Below the pieces are notes generated by a model. It was given only the letters and a program-made list of their open reading frames with translations. It did not search any database and was not told the DNA's origin. Source: an uncultured Fluviicola sp. (lineage in GTDB: Bacteria > Bacteroidota > Bacteroidia > Flavobacteriales_D > Crocinitomicaceae). From it: a stretch of 61,850 nucleotides of DNA. The stretch is taken from positions 17,443 through 79,292 of the forward strand of contig CAYRVL010000005.1 in NCBI GenBank assembly GCA_964427665.1, given 5' to 3'. The translations under genes and the position numbers were made by a program. This document shows positions 18,603 to 28,673 of this stretch, piece after piece (position 1 is the stretch's first letter; each line of letters opens with the position of its first letter).

Positions 18603-20977
18603 TACTGATCTTGTTTTTTATCTCAACAGGTAAAATTTCTGCGGCTCAAACCTTGGGAGCTACCGTGGTAGACCAAAAGAAACAAGCAGTGGTCGGAATT
18701 TACGTGAGTTGTGGAAAAATGGTGGTTCAAACCAATGAGAACGGCTATTTTCAATTACCTTGTTCAGAGCTTGGGATCCGATTGTTTGGCGAAACGATCG
18801 ACACTCTTTACTTTCCGTTGAACGGATTTGTACCACTGGGCGATACCTTGGTGATAACAACGAACACCACAAAGATCGATGAAGTAGAAGTCTTACGTGA
18901 ACGATTACATTATTTCGATATCGGCTATCTACCTCCTATTCGTGGGGTTCAAATTGCTACCGGTACAAATACCATTTTGGAGATCGAGCGACAAGGAGGC
19001 GCAAAATCTAGCGGAAACCCGCGGGAGTTATTTGCAAAAGTTCCAGGTCTGAATATTTGGGAAAGCGATGGCGCAGGCATTCAAATGGGGGTCGGCGGTC
19101 GTGGACTGAGTCCGAACCGTTCAGCAAATTTTAATACGCGACAAAACGGATACGACATTTCGGCGGATGCACTCGGTTATCCTGAAAGCTACTACACACC
19201 GCCTGTTGAAGCACTCCATGCCATAGAGATCATTCGCGGTTCGGCATCTTTGCAATACGGAACGCAATTCGGCGGTTTAATGAATTTTGTTCTGAAAGAA
19301 CCACCAACAAACACCAAATTGGAGATCACCAGTCGGCAAACAGTTGGCAATTACGGATACTTCGGATCTTTCAATCGGATCGCGGGACGTACCGGTCGAT
19401 TTGAATACCAAGCTTATTACCAGTTAAAAACCGGAAACGGTTACCGCCCAAATAGTGATTTCACACAACATCAGGCCTTCGCGCAATTCGGCTATTACTT
19501 GAATGAAAAACACCGGATCCGAATGGAATACACCCACATGTCATATTTGGCACAACAGCCCGGTGGACTCACCGATCAGCAATTCAAACAAGATCCTCGG
19601 GCAAGTTACCGCGAACGCAATTGGTTCAAAGTGGATTGGAACCTCCTCGCTTTGCATTATGATTGGGAGATCAGCAAGAATAAACGCTTCAACGTACGTG
19701 CCTTTGGTATGTTATCCGATCGATACTCTTTGGGGTATCTGGGAAAGATCAACTCTGTGGATCCGCTCGGAAAACGCGATCTGATTGCCGGTGAATTCAA
19801 AAATGTAGGTGCTGAAGTACGTTACCTGCAAGAATACAAATGGGGAAAACATATCCGCGGAGGTTTATTGATCGGTGGTCGCGTGTACAGCGGTCGGACA
19901 CAAAATGCACAAGGTCTTGCTGCCGCAGGAAACGATGCGGACTTCCGCTTTTCGAATCCGGGAGAACCGGAACTTTCGGATTATAGTTTTCCATCTCAAA
20001 ATGTTGCCGGATTCATGGAAAACATCCTCTTTCTGGGAGAGAAATTCACCATCAATGCCGGATTTCGCTATGAATACATCCACAGTGAAGCAAACGGTTA
20101 CTATAAAAAATATGCGATTGCACTGAATCAAGATACCATTGGAATCTTTACAGCACGTGAGCAAAACAGTGTACCCAGAACCGTTCCGCTATTTGGCATT
20201 GGTGGTTCTTACAAAACCGGAAAACGATCCAGTTTGTACACGAATTTTACCATGAATTACAGAGCCATCAATTTTAACGATATCCGAGTTGCAAATGCAA
20301 ATGTACTTATCGATACCTTGATCAAAGATGAATATGGATCCACAACGGAACTGGGATGGCGCGGTTTTGCAATCCCCTATTTATACGTCGATGTAGCCTT
20401 GTTCCATTTATTCTATGGCGACAAGATCGGTTTGGCTCCGGAAGGCGACAAAAAAATCCGAACAAATATTGGAGATGCCGTAAACTACGGTGTAGAATTC
20501 TTCACGGAATTCGATTTTATTCGGGCGTTTCGCGACAGTAGCAAACTAGGAGGATCCATCTTCATCAATGCATCGTACATTCAAGCACGTTATGTGAGAT
20601 CGCGCGAAAAAAATTATATCGGAAATCAGGTAGAATACGTTTCTCCTCTATTGATCCGTGGTGGAATTAAAATCCGAACAAAAGCGTGGCAAGTGCAGGT
20701 ACAGGCGTCCTACAATTCGGCACAATTCTCAGACGCTTCGAATGCTATTGAACCAAGTGGTGACGCCGTTATTGGGGAAATCCCCTCCTATTTGGTGGTC
20801 GATCTATCTGCACGCTACACCCTGCCGTACGGTTTCCAAATTGAATTGGGCGTAACGAATTTGTTGAACAATCAGTACTACACGCGTCGTGCTACGGCTT
20901 ATCCCGGTCCGGGAATTTTACCCTCCGATGGCATTACGATTTATGGTACTTTACAGTACAAATTCAGCATGAAGTGA
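18578..20977 (+). CDS. TonB-dependent receptor, FecA-like (putative iron uptake)
   Basis: Plug motifs GRGLSPNRSANFNTRQNG and IEIIRGSASLQYG; barrel end GVTNLLNNQY...LQYKF. Confidence 0.9.
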   Translation: MAGTIQRLILILFFISTGKISAAQTLGATVVDQKKQAVVGIYVSCGKMVVQTNENGYFQLPCSELGIRLFGETIDTLYFPLNGFVPLGDTLVITTNTTKIDEVEVLRERLHYFDIGYLPPIRGVQIATGTNTILEIERQGGAKSSGNPRELFAKVPGLNIWESDGAGIQMGVGGRGLSPNRSANFNTRQNGYDISADALGYPESYYTPPVEALHAIEIIRGSASLQYGTQFGGLMNFVLKEPPTNTKLEITSRQTVGNYGYFGSFNRIAGRTGRFEYQAYYQLKTGNGYRPNSDFTQHQAFAQFGYYLNEKHRIRMEYTHMSYLAQQPGGLTDQQFKQDPRASYRERNWFKVDWNLLALHYDWEISKNKRFNVRAFGMLSDRYSLGYLGKINSVDPLGKRDLIAGEFKNVGAEVRYLQEYKWGKHIRGGLLIGGRVYSGRTQNAQGLAAAGNDADFRFSNPGEPELSDYSFPSQNVAGFMENILFLGEKFTINAGFRYEYIHSEANGYYKKYAIALNQDTIGIFTAREQNSVPRTVPLFGIGGSYKTGKRSSLYTNFTMNYRAINFNDIRVANANVLIDTLIKDEYGSTTELGWRGFAIPYLYVDVALFHLFYGDKIGLAPEGDKKIRTNIGDAVNYGVEFFTEFDFIRAFRDSSKLGGSIFINASYIQARYVRSREKNYIGNQVEYVSPLLIRGGIKIRTKAWQVQVQASYNSAQFSDASNAIEPSGDAVIGEIPSYLVVDLSARYTLPYGFQIELGVTNLLNNQYYTRRATAYPGPGILPSDGITIYGTLQYKFSMK

Positions 20978-21864
20978 TGGAAAGTTTGGACCAGTTTCAG
21001 ATCGAACAAGAACTTTTTCCGGGAAAACAGCGAAAATTCGCACGTGTCTTTAAAGGTCGTAGAAAATCAGATGACAGCGAGGTATTGATCAAAACCTGTA
21101 CGAAAACAAGCAGCAACTCCCACCTATCCGATCGTTTGCGCCAAGAGAGGGATTTTCATTTTGATTTTCCCGGGCTTCCGAAGATCCTGGCTTTTTTGGA
21201 AACTGATTCCGAGATCATTCTCGTCAAAAAATGGGAGGTAGGAACTGAATTACACCATTTTGTTCGGAAATTCAAACCGCGAGATCGAGCACGAGAACTT
21301 GCTTCAATACTGGAGAAATTAACACCCATCCTGAATCACATTCACCAGCAAGACATTGTTCATTTAGACCTCAAACCACACAATATTCTGGTGCATGTTC
21401 AAGACAAGGATCTGGACGTTTCTTTACTCGATTTTGGAATGGCGATCAGAAAACCCGTCCAAGAACACCGAAAAATGCTGTTTCCCCTGGGATATGCTTC
21501 GCCGGAATGCTTGTTGAATCACTTGGATCTTTGCGATCAACGCAGTGATTATTTCAGTTTGGGAATTACACTTTGGCAATGCGTGGAAGGCCGATTACCC
21601 CTATTGCATGCCAATCCAAGTATTACCACGAATTTGCAACTGACGCACCCACTACCGGATGGGGATGTACTCACCAAACAGCAAAGTCGTTTACTTCAAA
21701 AACTGGCTGCCAAGCACGTATTCGCATTACCGCCAAACACGATGGATCAAGCAGATGTGCGAAAATCATTGATCGCAGGCATGGAATTGCGCTACAGTAC
21801 CCTGAATGAATTTTCACACGATTGGAAAGAAGCCACAGCGTGCAAAAAGTGGCGATTTTTTTAG
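20977..21864 (+). CDS. Hanks-type Ser/Thr protein kinase (kinase domain only)
   Basis: VLIK, QE (alphaC), HLDLKPHN, DFG, YASPE, SDYFSLG; TGATG stop/start overlap with the receptor gene. Confidence 0.85.
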   Translation: MESLDQFQIEQELFPGKQRKFARVFKGRRKSDDSEVLIKTCTKTSSNSHLSDRLRQERDFHFDFPGLPKILAFLETDSEIILVKKWEVGTELHHFVRKFKPRDRARELASILEKLTPILNHIHQQDIVHLDLKPHNILVHVQDKDLDVSLLDFGMAIRKPVQEHRKMLFPLGYASPECLLNHLDLCDQRSDYFSLGITLWQCVEGRLPLLHANPSITTNLQLTHPLPDGDVLTKQQSRLLQKLAAKHVFALPPNTMDQADVRKSLIAGMELRYSTLNEFSHDWKEATACKKWRFF

Positions 21865-22559
21865 AAGATCGTACGGCGATACCCGACATTGAACGCAAAA
21901 TTCAACGGCGAATAATTGTTGTAGTTGATGGCTAAACTATTGGATGGAAACGCAAATAAGTTATAACTAGCCGTGACATCCAGATAGAACGTTGTCGCAG
22001 CCATGTTGTATTGCAGACCTCCATTCAAGCCCAATCCGAACGCAAGAATTCGACCTCTTCGTGGCATTTCTGTAGATTGACCGCTATTATCCTTGAATAC
22101 ATATTTCGTTTCATCCACATCCGCTTCATTTTTCCGACTGATACCTTGGGTGTATAACTGATAAACTGTACCGCCATAAGCCGAGAAACCGAAATCGTCA
22201 AATCCATTTCCGATGTAATAGCGATTTCCTCCTTCGAAATTAATATTGCCTGTCCCGAACTTCACCGGTACATCCATGATCTGTGGAGATGTCATGAAAT
22301 CTATAGCCTCAAAACGAACCGTATCTACGTAACTATTGCGAAATGTTCCTGTTAACCGCAAATAAAGCGTCATCGCATCGTTGGTAGGAATTTCCACCCC
22401 CAAGTGTAAACCGGGATAAACAGAAGGGACCCCAAACGGTTTTAGCATGGTAAATCCACCCGCAACAGCAATCTGTGCCATGGAGGAAAATGTCAGCAAA
22501 GACATACAAACCGCCAAGATCCCGACACGTTTTCCAATTATTTTTGCAATTCTTTCCAT
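21861..22559 (-). CDS. Putative small outer-membrane beta-barrel protein
   Basis: Signal peptide ending A|Q, amphipathic strands, C-terminal FNVGYRRTIF. Confidence 0.6.
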   Translation of the reverse strand: MERIAKIIGKRVGILAVCMSLLTFSSMAQIAVAGGFTMLKPFGVPSVYPGLHLGVEIPTNDAMTLYLRLTGTFRNSYVDTVRFEAIDFMTSPQIMDVPVKFGTGNINFEGGNRYYIGNGFDDFGFSAYGGTVYQLYTQGISRKNEADVDETKYVFKDNSGQSTEMPRRGRILAFGLGLNGGLQYNMAATTFYLDVTASYNLFAFPSNSLAINYNNYSPLNFAFNVGYRRTIF

Positions 22560-23056
22560 CTAAAACACGTTTTATCATGAGCTCCAGGTAAGTATCCTGT
22601 ACTCATTAAAAATTCATTCACAATTTCACCTCCCACAAATTTAAAGTGTTGTTTGAACAATCGCACCCATTCCTCTTTTGTGTTTGCCGTTTGTGAATCT
22701 AACCAATATTTAAAGCTACCAAATTCTTTTTGAATTTGTTGCACTGCTTGTGCATTAAATATAACAGCTGAGATTTTCAGTTTGTTGCGAATGATTCCGG
22801 CATTGTTCATCAATCGTTCTACATCAAACGCTGAATAACCAGCAATTTTATTTACATCATAAACGTCAAAAGCAGTCCGAAAGTTGTCTTCTTTCTTCAA
22901 GATCGTTTCCCAAGACAATCCTGCCTGATTGATCTCCAAGATCAAACGTCCGAATAATTCGTTATCGTCATCCAGCGGTGTTCCGTAGTAAAGATCATGG
23001 TATCTCCGGTGTACATCATCTTCCGGGCGTCCCTGTACGAACTGACAATAACTCAT
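22538..23056 (-). CDS. tag: DNA-3-methyladenine glycosylase I
   Basis: YHD..YG, LEINQAGLSWETILKK, IIRNKLKI, FKFVG, H..C Zn ligands. Confidence 0.92.
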   Translation of the reverse strand: MSYCQFVQGRPEDDVHRRYHDLYYGTPLDDDNELFGRLILEINQAGLSWETILKKEDNFRTAFDVYDVNKIAGYSAFDVERLMNNAGIIRNKLKISAVIFNAQAVQQIQKEFGSFKYWLDSQTANTKEEWVRLFKQHFKFVGGEIVNEFLMSTGYLPGAHDKTCFRWKELQK

Positions 23057-23088
23057 CTTTTTGTAATTTTAAACAAAAATAATCCAAC

Positions 23089-23691
23089 ATGGCAATTTAC
23101 GCATTCAACGGCTTCATCCCGGTTGTTAAAAAATCTAGTTTTATCCATCCGCAAGCTGCTGTAACAGGAAACGTGATCATTGGCGAAAACGTCTATGTAG
23201 GACCCGGTGCTGCCATTCGCGGAGATTGGGGACAGATCATCATTGAAGATGGATGCAACGTACAGGAAAATTGCACCATTCACATGTTTCCGGGAACTAC
23301 TACGATCCTGCGTAAAGGAGCCCACATCGGTCACGGAGCAATCATACATGGAGGCATTATCGGCGAAAACTGTTTGATCGGCATGAATGCCGTGGTCATG
23401 GACGATGTGATCATTGAAGACGAATGCATTATCGGCGCATTGAGTTTCGTTCCTGCAAAAATGCATATTGCAAGACGCAGTTTGGTCGTAGGAAACCCGG
23501 CGAAAGTCATCAAAGAAGTATCCGACGAGATGATCGCTTGGAAAACACAAGGAACGGCACTCTATCAGGCTCTACCCGCTGAATGCCACCAAACATTATT
23601 CCCTTGTGAACCCTTGGAAGAAGTGGAACCAGATCGCCCCACCCAAGAAAAGATGTACGCGACCTGGAATGCTATTAAATCCACGAAATAG
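23089..23691 (+). CDS. Gamma-carbonic-anhydrase-like hexapeptide repeat protein (PaaY/CaiE-like)
   Basis: IRGDWG, NVQENCTIH, IGHGAIIHG, GNPAK. Confidence 0.85.
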   Translation: MAIYAFNGFIPVVKKSSFIHPQAAVTGNVIIGENVYVGPGAAIRGDWGQIIIEDGCNVQENCTIHMFPGTTTILRKGAHIGHGAIIHGGIIGENCLIGMNAVVMDDVIIEDECIIGALSFVPAKMHIARRSLVVGNPAKVIKEVSDEMIAWKTQGTALYQALPAECHQTLFPCEPLEEVEPDRPTQEKMYATWNAIKSTK

Positions 23692-23699
23692 TTGGGAAC

Positions 23700-25220
23700 T
23701 TAATCCCAACTTGACTGATAGCTGATCTTATTTATAAAGAATACATTGCGCTTGCGATCTACGCCTGCGTTTTCTTTGTTCTTGATACGTTGCCAACCGA
23801 CCATGACATACACATTGTCGTACCAGTAATAACTCTTCGTTCCGCTCGTGCGTGTTTTATCTCCTTCTACCCCTGCTTCAGCCGTTCCAAAATCGGTTTC
23901 AGTGATCTCACCATCTGCAGTGATCGAAGCAGCGCGAATACTTCCCATATCCGTGTAAATGAAATGCATGTTTCCATCCGTTTCTTGTTTTACGCGTAAT
24001 TTCAATACAACCGAGAACGGTTTATCAATCAAAAACATTTTGAAACAATAATCTTTGATCTTGTTTCCGTTTTCATCGATATCCAAAATTGCCGCATGTG
24101 AATATTGGTACCCGTCGAACACTTGACGCGTTTGTGTAGTCATGGTACCATTCGGACCCATCGAAGTATATGTCTCTGTTCGGTAAGTTGGGTAATACAC
24201 TTCACCGATCAAGCGGTAGTCCGTTCCATTGATGATGACCGGATGAATCGCCACACGTGTTTTGATAAAATCGGTCTGTCCGCGATTGGTTTTGCGCTCT
24301 TTCTTCTTTTCAAGACGTTTTTGAACACGCTCCGGCAAATACTTGAAAAAATTCTCAAATTCTGAGAACGAATGATAGGTAATGAATTCTTGATCAGATC
24401 CGTTCCACTTGGAAAAATAATAGCCGGATGCAACGATAGATCGTGCACCCAACCCATACGTTCCTGCCAAAATAAAGGAATCGTCATCGATCCAAGTGAT
24501 ACTTCCATCGATGATAGAGAACTCAGATGCTTTTTCTAACTGATAATTGTGCGTAACGTATCCAGTCATGTCCATGATGATCAAATACATCACTGCTTTT
24601 TTCAGATCAGAACCGTCGCGCATGAAAATGATCAAACGATCCAAATTCTTATCGAAAGCAAAAGACTCTATACTTCGTTTGCTATTGATTCCTTCAATTT
24701 CCCGAACTGTCTCGGTGCCACGCACAACATCCAAAATCATTACATGTGGTTTTTTCTTGCGCCATCCGCGGAAATAGACCTTACCATCTACGCAATTTGC
24801 CAAAGATTCAACCCGACCAAAAGAAAAGTCCGTTTTATCGAAACGATTTTCAGTCATGGATCCGCTTTCCACATCAATACGTTTGATCACCCATTCACGC
24901 TTGTTTTCAAAGACACAAAACAATTCAGAGGTATCGCGATTTGGAAAAAATCCTACACGCGTCAAACGCGATTCTTTTTCAAAACTTTTACTAAAAGACT
25001 TTTCCAGATCTGTATCGTATTTCGTGATCAAATAATTGTCATTTTGACCTTTCAGTTCTTCAACTTCCAACGTCAACAAGCCCTTTTTTCCGATTACATA
25101 GGTCGATAAGATATTTTCGTCATCACGCAAATCAAACTCCTTACGCCCCAATAGTTCAATTTGAGAAAATAAGGTTTGAGATGCCAACAAGGCCACAATG
25201 GCGGCTAAAAAAAATTTCAT
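23700..25220 (-). CDS. Secreted conserved hypothetical protein, beta-propeller-like
   Basis: Signal peptide ending S|Q; EVYYPTYRT...FDGYQYSHA segment; beta-rich. Confidence 0.65.
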   Translation of the reverse strand: MKFFLAAIVALLASQTLFSQIELLGRKEFDLRDDENILSTYVIGKKGLLTLEVEELKGQNDNYLITKYDTDLEKSFSKSFEKESRLTRVGFFPNRDTSELFCVFENKREWVIKRIDVESGSMTENRFDKTDFSFGRVESLANCVDGKVYFRGWRKKKPHVMILDVVRGTETVREIEGINSKRSIESFAFDKNLDRLIIFMRDGSDLKKAVMYLIIMDMTGYVTHNYQLEKASEFSIIDGSITWIDDDSFILAGTYGLGARSIVASGYYFSKWNGSDQEFITYHSFSEFENFFKYLPERVQKRLEKKKERKTNRGQTDFIKTRVAIHPVIINGTDYRLIGEVYYPTYRTETYTSMGPNGTMTTQTRQVFDGYQYSHAAILDIDENGNKIKDYCFKMFLIDKPFSVVLKLRVKQETDGNMHFIYTDMGSIRAASITADGEITETDFGTAEAGVEGDKTRTSGTKSYYWYDNVYVMVGWQRIKNKENAGVDRKRNVFFINKISYQSSWD

Positions 25221-25281
25221 AAGGTTATTTTTTACGGCTCCGAAGTTAAACAAAACTATACGTTCCGCTCCCTAAAATTCT

Positions 25282-25320
25282 AAAATAAAAAACCCCGCAA
25301 TCAGCGTTGCAGGGTTCTTT
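25282..25320 (-). terminator. Rho-independent terminator after the cold-shock gene
   Basis: Minus strand AACCCTGCAA-loop-TTGCGGGGTT followed by TTTTATTTT. Confidence 0.7.
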
Positions 25321-25340
25321 TGAAAAAAACTTGTTATTGA

Positions 25341-25532
25341 CTATGCTTGTTTAACATTCACTGCCATTAATCCTTTTCTTCCTTCTTCCAAATCAAACGT
25401 CACTTCGTCGTTCTCGTTAACTTTGTCAACCAAACCACTCACGTGTACGAAGTACTCTTTGTTTGATTCTTCTTCCTTAATAAATCCAAAACCTTTGGTC
25501 TCATTAAAGAACTTTACAGTTCCTTTATTCAT
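25341..25532 (-). CDS. Cold-shock protein (CspA family)
   Basis: GTVKFFNETKGFGFI, FVHVS. Confidence 0.95.
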   Translation of the reverse strand: MNKGTVKFFNETKGFGFIKEEESNKEYFVHVSGLVDKVNENDEVTFDLEEGRKGLMAVNVKQA

Positions 25533-25599
25533 ATTATTCAATTATGGGCTAAAGGTGCTGGTTTATTTTGGTAATTCCTAGGTTTTTAGCGTTTTTTTC

Positions 25600-25625
25600 A
25601 AAAAAAAAGCGGACCGAAGTCCGCT
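25600..25625 (-). terminator. Rho-independent terminator of pdhA-pdhC
   Basis: AGCGGAC-TTCG-GTCCGCT followed by a long T-run (cUUCGg tetraloop). Confidence 0.9.
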
Positions 25626-25643
25626 AACAGTATTCCATTTAGA

Positions 25644-26912
25644 TCAAACCAGCATCATCACCGGATTCTCCATATATTGCTTGAATGTTTGCAAAAACGC
25701 AGCGCCGGAAGCCCCATCTACTACACGGTGATCACATGAAAGCGTCACTTTCATGATATTCCCGGGAACAACTTGACCGTTTTTAACTACCGGCTCTTGA
25801 GAAATTCCGCCAACTGCCAAGATACAGCTATCCGGTGGATTCACGATTGCCGTAAACTGTTCGATCCCAAACATCCCCAAGTTCGAGATCGTAAAGGTAT
25901 TCCCTTCCCAATCGCTTGGTTGTAGTTTCTTCTCTTTTGCTTTTTGTGCGAAAACTTTCACTTCCTCACCAATCTGAGAAAGTCCTTTAGAATCTGCAAA
26001 ACGCACAACCGGAACCAACAAACCTTCATCCACAGCTACGGCAACGCCGATGTGCACATGTTGATTGCGACGGATCACATCGCCCAACCAAGAAGAATTG
26101 ATCGCTGGGTGTTTTTTCAAAGACATGGCAACCGCCTTAACGACCATATCATTGAAAGACACTTTTACACCTTCCTGACTGTTCATGGCTTTACGCGCAG
26201 CGATCGCATTGTCCATATCAATCGAAATGGTCAAGTAAAAATGTGGTGCGGTAAACTTCGATTCTGCCAATCGTCGGGCGATTGTTTTGCGCATTTGGCT
26301 CACTGGCTCATCCACGAACGATTCAGCTTGCGCAATTCCTGATGAGGCTGGACGAGAAGGAGCGTTGTACGGAACATAATGATCCACGTCACGCTTGGTG
26401 ATACGCCCTCCTTCACCAGTTCCCGGAACAAAACTCAAATCAACACCTTTCTCTTCAGCCAATTTCTTTGCCAAAGGAGAAGCCAAAATTCGTCCGTTCG
26501 TGTTTGCCGGAACTACCGCTGCCGGAGTTGCCGCAGCAACCGGAGCAGGTTTTGCTGCCGGAACTTCAGCTACAACTGGAGCTGGAGCCGGAGTTGGTTC
26601 CGAAGCGGGAGCAGAAGTCGCTGCGGGAGCTTCGCCCGATCCAGCTTGCGCGATCAATGCTGCCACATCCTCACCAGCCTGACCGATGATTGCTAACAGT
26701 GCATTTACCGGAGTCGGCTTTCCTTTTTCTACACCAATATGCAATAGAACCCCATCGTAAAACGATTCGAATTCCATGGTTGCTTTATCTGTTTCGATCT
26801 CCGCTAAAACCTCACCTGATTTTACCGCGTCTCCTACTTTTTTGTGCCATTCTGCAACAACACCTTCTGTCATGGTGTCACTCAATTTCGGCATGTAAAC
26901 GATTTCTGCCAT
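25644..26912 (-). CDS. pdhC: Pyruvate dehydrogenase E2, dihydrolipoamide acetyltransferase (single lipoyl domain)
   Basis: ETDKAT lipoyl lysine, ASPLAKKLA E3-binding domain, DHRVVDG. Confidence 0.95.
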   Translation of the reverse strand: MAEIVYMPKLSDTMTEGVVAEWHKKVGDAVKSGEVLAEIETDKATMEFESFYDGVLLHIGVEKGKPTPVNALLAIIGQAGEDVAALIAQAGSGEAPAATSAPASEPTPAPAPVVAEVPAAKPAPVAAATPAAVVPANTNGRILASPLAKKLAEEKGVDLSFVPGTGEGGRITKRDVDHYVPYNAPSRPASSGIAQAESFVDEPVSQMRKTIARRLAESKFTAPHFYLTISIDMDNAIAARKAMNSQEGVKVSFNDMVVKAVAMSLKKHPAINSSWLGDVIRRNQHVHIGVAVAVDEGLLVPVVRFADSKGLSQIGEEVKVFAQKAKEKKLQPSDWEGNTFTISNLGMFGIEQFTAIVNPPDSCILAVGGISQEPVVKNGQVVPGNIMKVTLSCDHRVVDGASGAAFLQTFKQYMENPVMMLV

Positions 26913-26933
26913 CGCTAAATATTCTTTTACAGT

Positions 26934-27986
26934 TTAGTATTCAATAATGAACGGATAATTTGGCTCCTGATAGATGTCTTCGTACAATTCGTCAGCATCC
27001 GGATAAGGAGAGTTCTCTGCAAATGCAACAGCCTCTTCTACCTCGTTTTTCACCCAATTATCAATGTCTTCGATCTCTTTGTCAGTCAACCACTTATTCG
27101 TTTTGATCATCTTCAAACAATGTTCGATCGGATCTTGTTCCATCCACTCAGAAACTTCTTCCTTGGTGCGGTATTTTTGCGGATCCGACATGGAGTGACC
27201 TTTGTAACGGTATGTGCGAATATCCAATAAAGACGGTCCATCGCCACGACGAGCTCGTGCCACAGCCTCTTCAACTGCCTCGTGAACTGCTTCCGGAGAC
27301 ATTCCGTCTACCGATTTGGAAGGCATTTCGTACGACAATCCGATTTTGGAGAGATCCGTAACATTCGTTGTACGCTCTACGGACGTTCCCATCGCGTAGT
27401 TGTTATTCTCGATAATGAAGATAACCGGCAACTTCCAGTTCATCGCCATATTGAAAGTCTCATGTAAAGCTCCCTGACGGACTGCGCCATCACCCATGGA
27501 CACAAAAACTACATTGTCAGTTCCATTGTATTTTTCAGCGAATGCTACACCTGCACCCATTGGAATTTGTGCTCCAACGATCCCGTGACCACCCATGAAA
27601 TTCTTTTCTTTGTCAAAAAAGTGCATCGAACCACCTTTTCCTTTTGAACATCCCGTAGTGCGACCATACAATTCAGCCATCAATACGCGAACGTCTGAAC
27701 CCAAACCAATTGGATGAGCGTGATCACGGTATGCCGTCATGTGCTTATCTGTTGGTCGGCTCGCACTCACTGTTCCAGCCACTACAGCCTCCTGACCAAT
27801 GTATAGGTGACAGAATCCTCCGAACTTTTGTTGAATATACAATTGACCCGCTTTCTCTTCGAATTTGCGCATCAACAACATATCCTTATACCACTTAATG
27901 TACGTGTCAGCCGAAAACTTAGGCGCCCCTGCTAAGGCACCTTTCTTGGTGTTTTTTGTTGGTTTTGAAGCCGTTTTTGAAGCCAT
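26934..27986 (-). CDS. pdhA: Pyruvate dehydrogenase E1 alpha subunit
   Basis: GFCHLYIGQEA, GKGGSMH, GDGA...NN TPP motif, YKGHSMSDP. Confidence 0.97.
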   Translation of the reverse strand: MASKTASKPTKNTKKGALAGAPKFSADTYIKWYKDMLLMRKFEEKAGQLYIQQKFGGFCHLYIGQEAVVAGTVSASRPTDKHMTAYRDHAHPIGLGSDVRVLMAELYGRTTGCSKGKGGSMHFFDKEKNFMGGHGIVGAQIPMGAGVAFAEKYNGTDNVVFVSMGDGAVRQGALHETFNMAMNWKLPVIFIIENNNYAMGTSVERTTNVTDLSKIGLSYEMPSKSVDGMSPEAVHEAVEEAVARARRGDGPSLLDIRTYRYKGHSMSDPQKYRTKEEVSEWMEQDPIEHCLKMIKTNKWLTDKEIEDIDNWVKNEVEEAVAFAENSPYPDADELYEDIYQEPNYPFIIEY

Positions 27987-28014
27987 TATTCAACCGTTTT
28001 GTAAGTTCAACCGA

Positions 28015-28022
28015 CAAATATA
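28015..28022 (-). promoter_or_regulatory. Bacteroidota -7 element (TATATTTG) for pdhA
   Basis: TAnnTTTG about 30 nt upstream of the pdhA ATG. Confidence 0.55.
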
Positions 28023-28137
28023 ACAAGTTATAGGCACAACTTAGCCCCAATTATCCAAAGAATAAACGACAAATTAAAAAATTAGAGATTTCCGGATAAA
28101 AATGAAGCGCAAACAGCAGGATGTGTAATTTTAGGGT

Positions 28138-28659
28138 GTGAAAAAAATTGGATTGCTTTCCGACACACACGGCGATATTCCCAAGAGTATCTACACGCAT
28201 TTTAAAGATGTAGATGAGATTTGGCACGCGGGTGACATTGGTAGTTTACACGTTGTTGATTCTTTGCGTGCTTTCAAACCGACCCGTTTTGTGCACGGGA
28301 ACATTGACGATCACGAGATCCGCCGAGAATGTCCGGAATTTCAAAGTTTCGAGATCGAAGGCGTGCGCGTGCTCATGACACACATTGCAGGAAAACCTGG
28401 GAAATATACGCAAAACGCGCTCCCGCTGATTGAAGCGCATCGTCCGACCTTATTTATATGTGGGCATTCGCACATTGCTTTGGTAAAAATGGATCCACAT
28501 TTCCAAATGCTCTGGATGAATCCGGGAGCAGCAGGAAGTAAAGGATTTCATGCGATCAGCACCATGATGCGTTTTGAAGTAAATAAAGGTCGGATCGAAC
28601 ACTTGGAATTGATCGAACTAGGAAAAAGAAGTAAACTGAACAATTCGAACGAAATTTGA
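28138..28659 (+). CDS. Metallophosphoesterase, YfcE family
   Basis: SDTH, HAGD, HGN, GHSH, NPG. Confidence 0.9.
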   Translation: MKKIGLLSDTHGDIPKSIYTHFKDVDEIWHAGDIGSLHVVDSLRAFKPTRFVHGNIDDHEIRRECPEFQSFEIEGVRVLMTHIAGKPGKYTQNALPLIEAHRPTLFICGHSHIALVKMDPHFQMLWMNPGAAGSKGFHAISTMMRFEVNKGRIEHLELIELGKRSKLNNSNEI

Positions 28660-28673
28660 ACGTTATTTGCATC

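Noticed and set aside
23053-23550. 165-aa minus-strand ORF upstream of tag
   Set aside because: Shadow of the gamma-carbonic-anhydrase-like gene
25644-27986. pdhA-pdhC operon lacking pdhB
   Set aside because: Normal arrangement in Bacteroidota; pdhB is usually elsewhere
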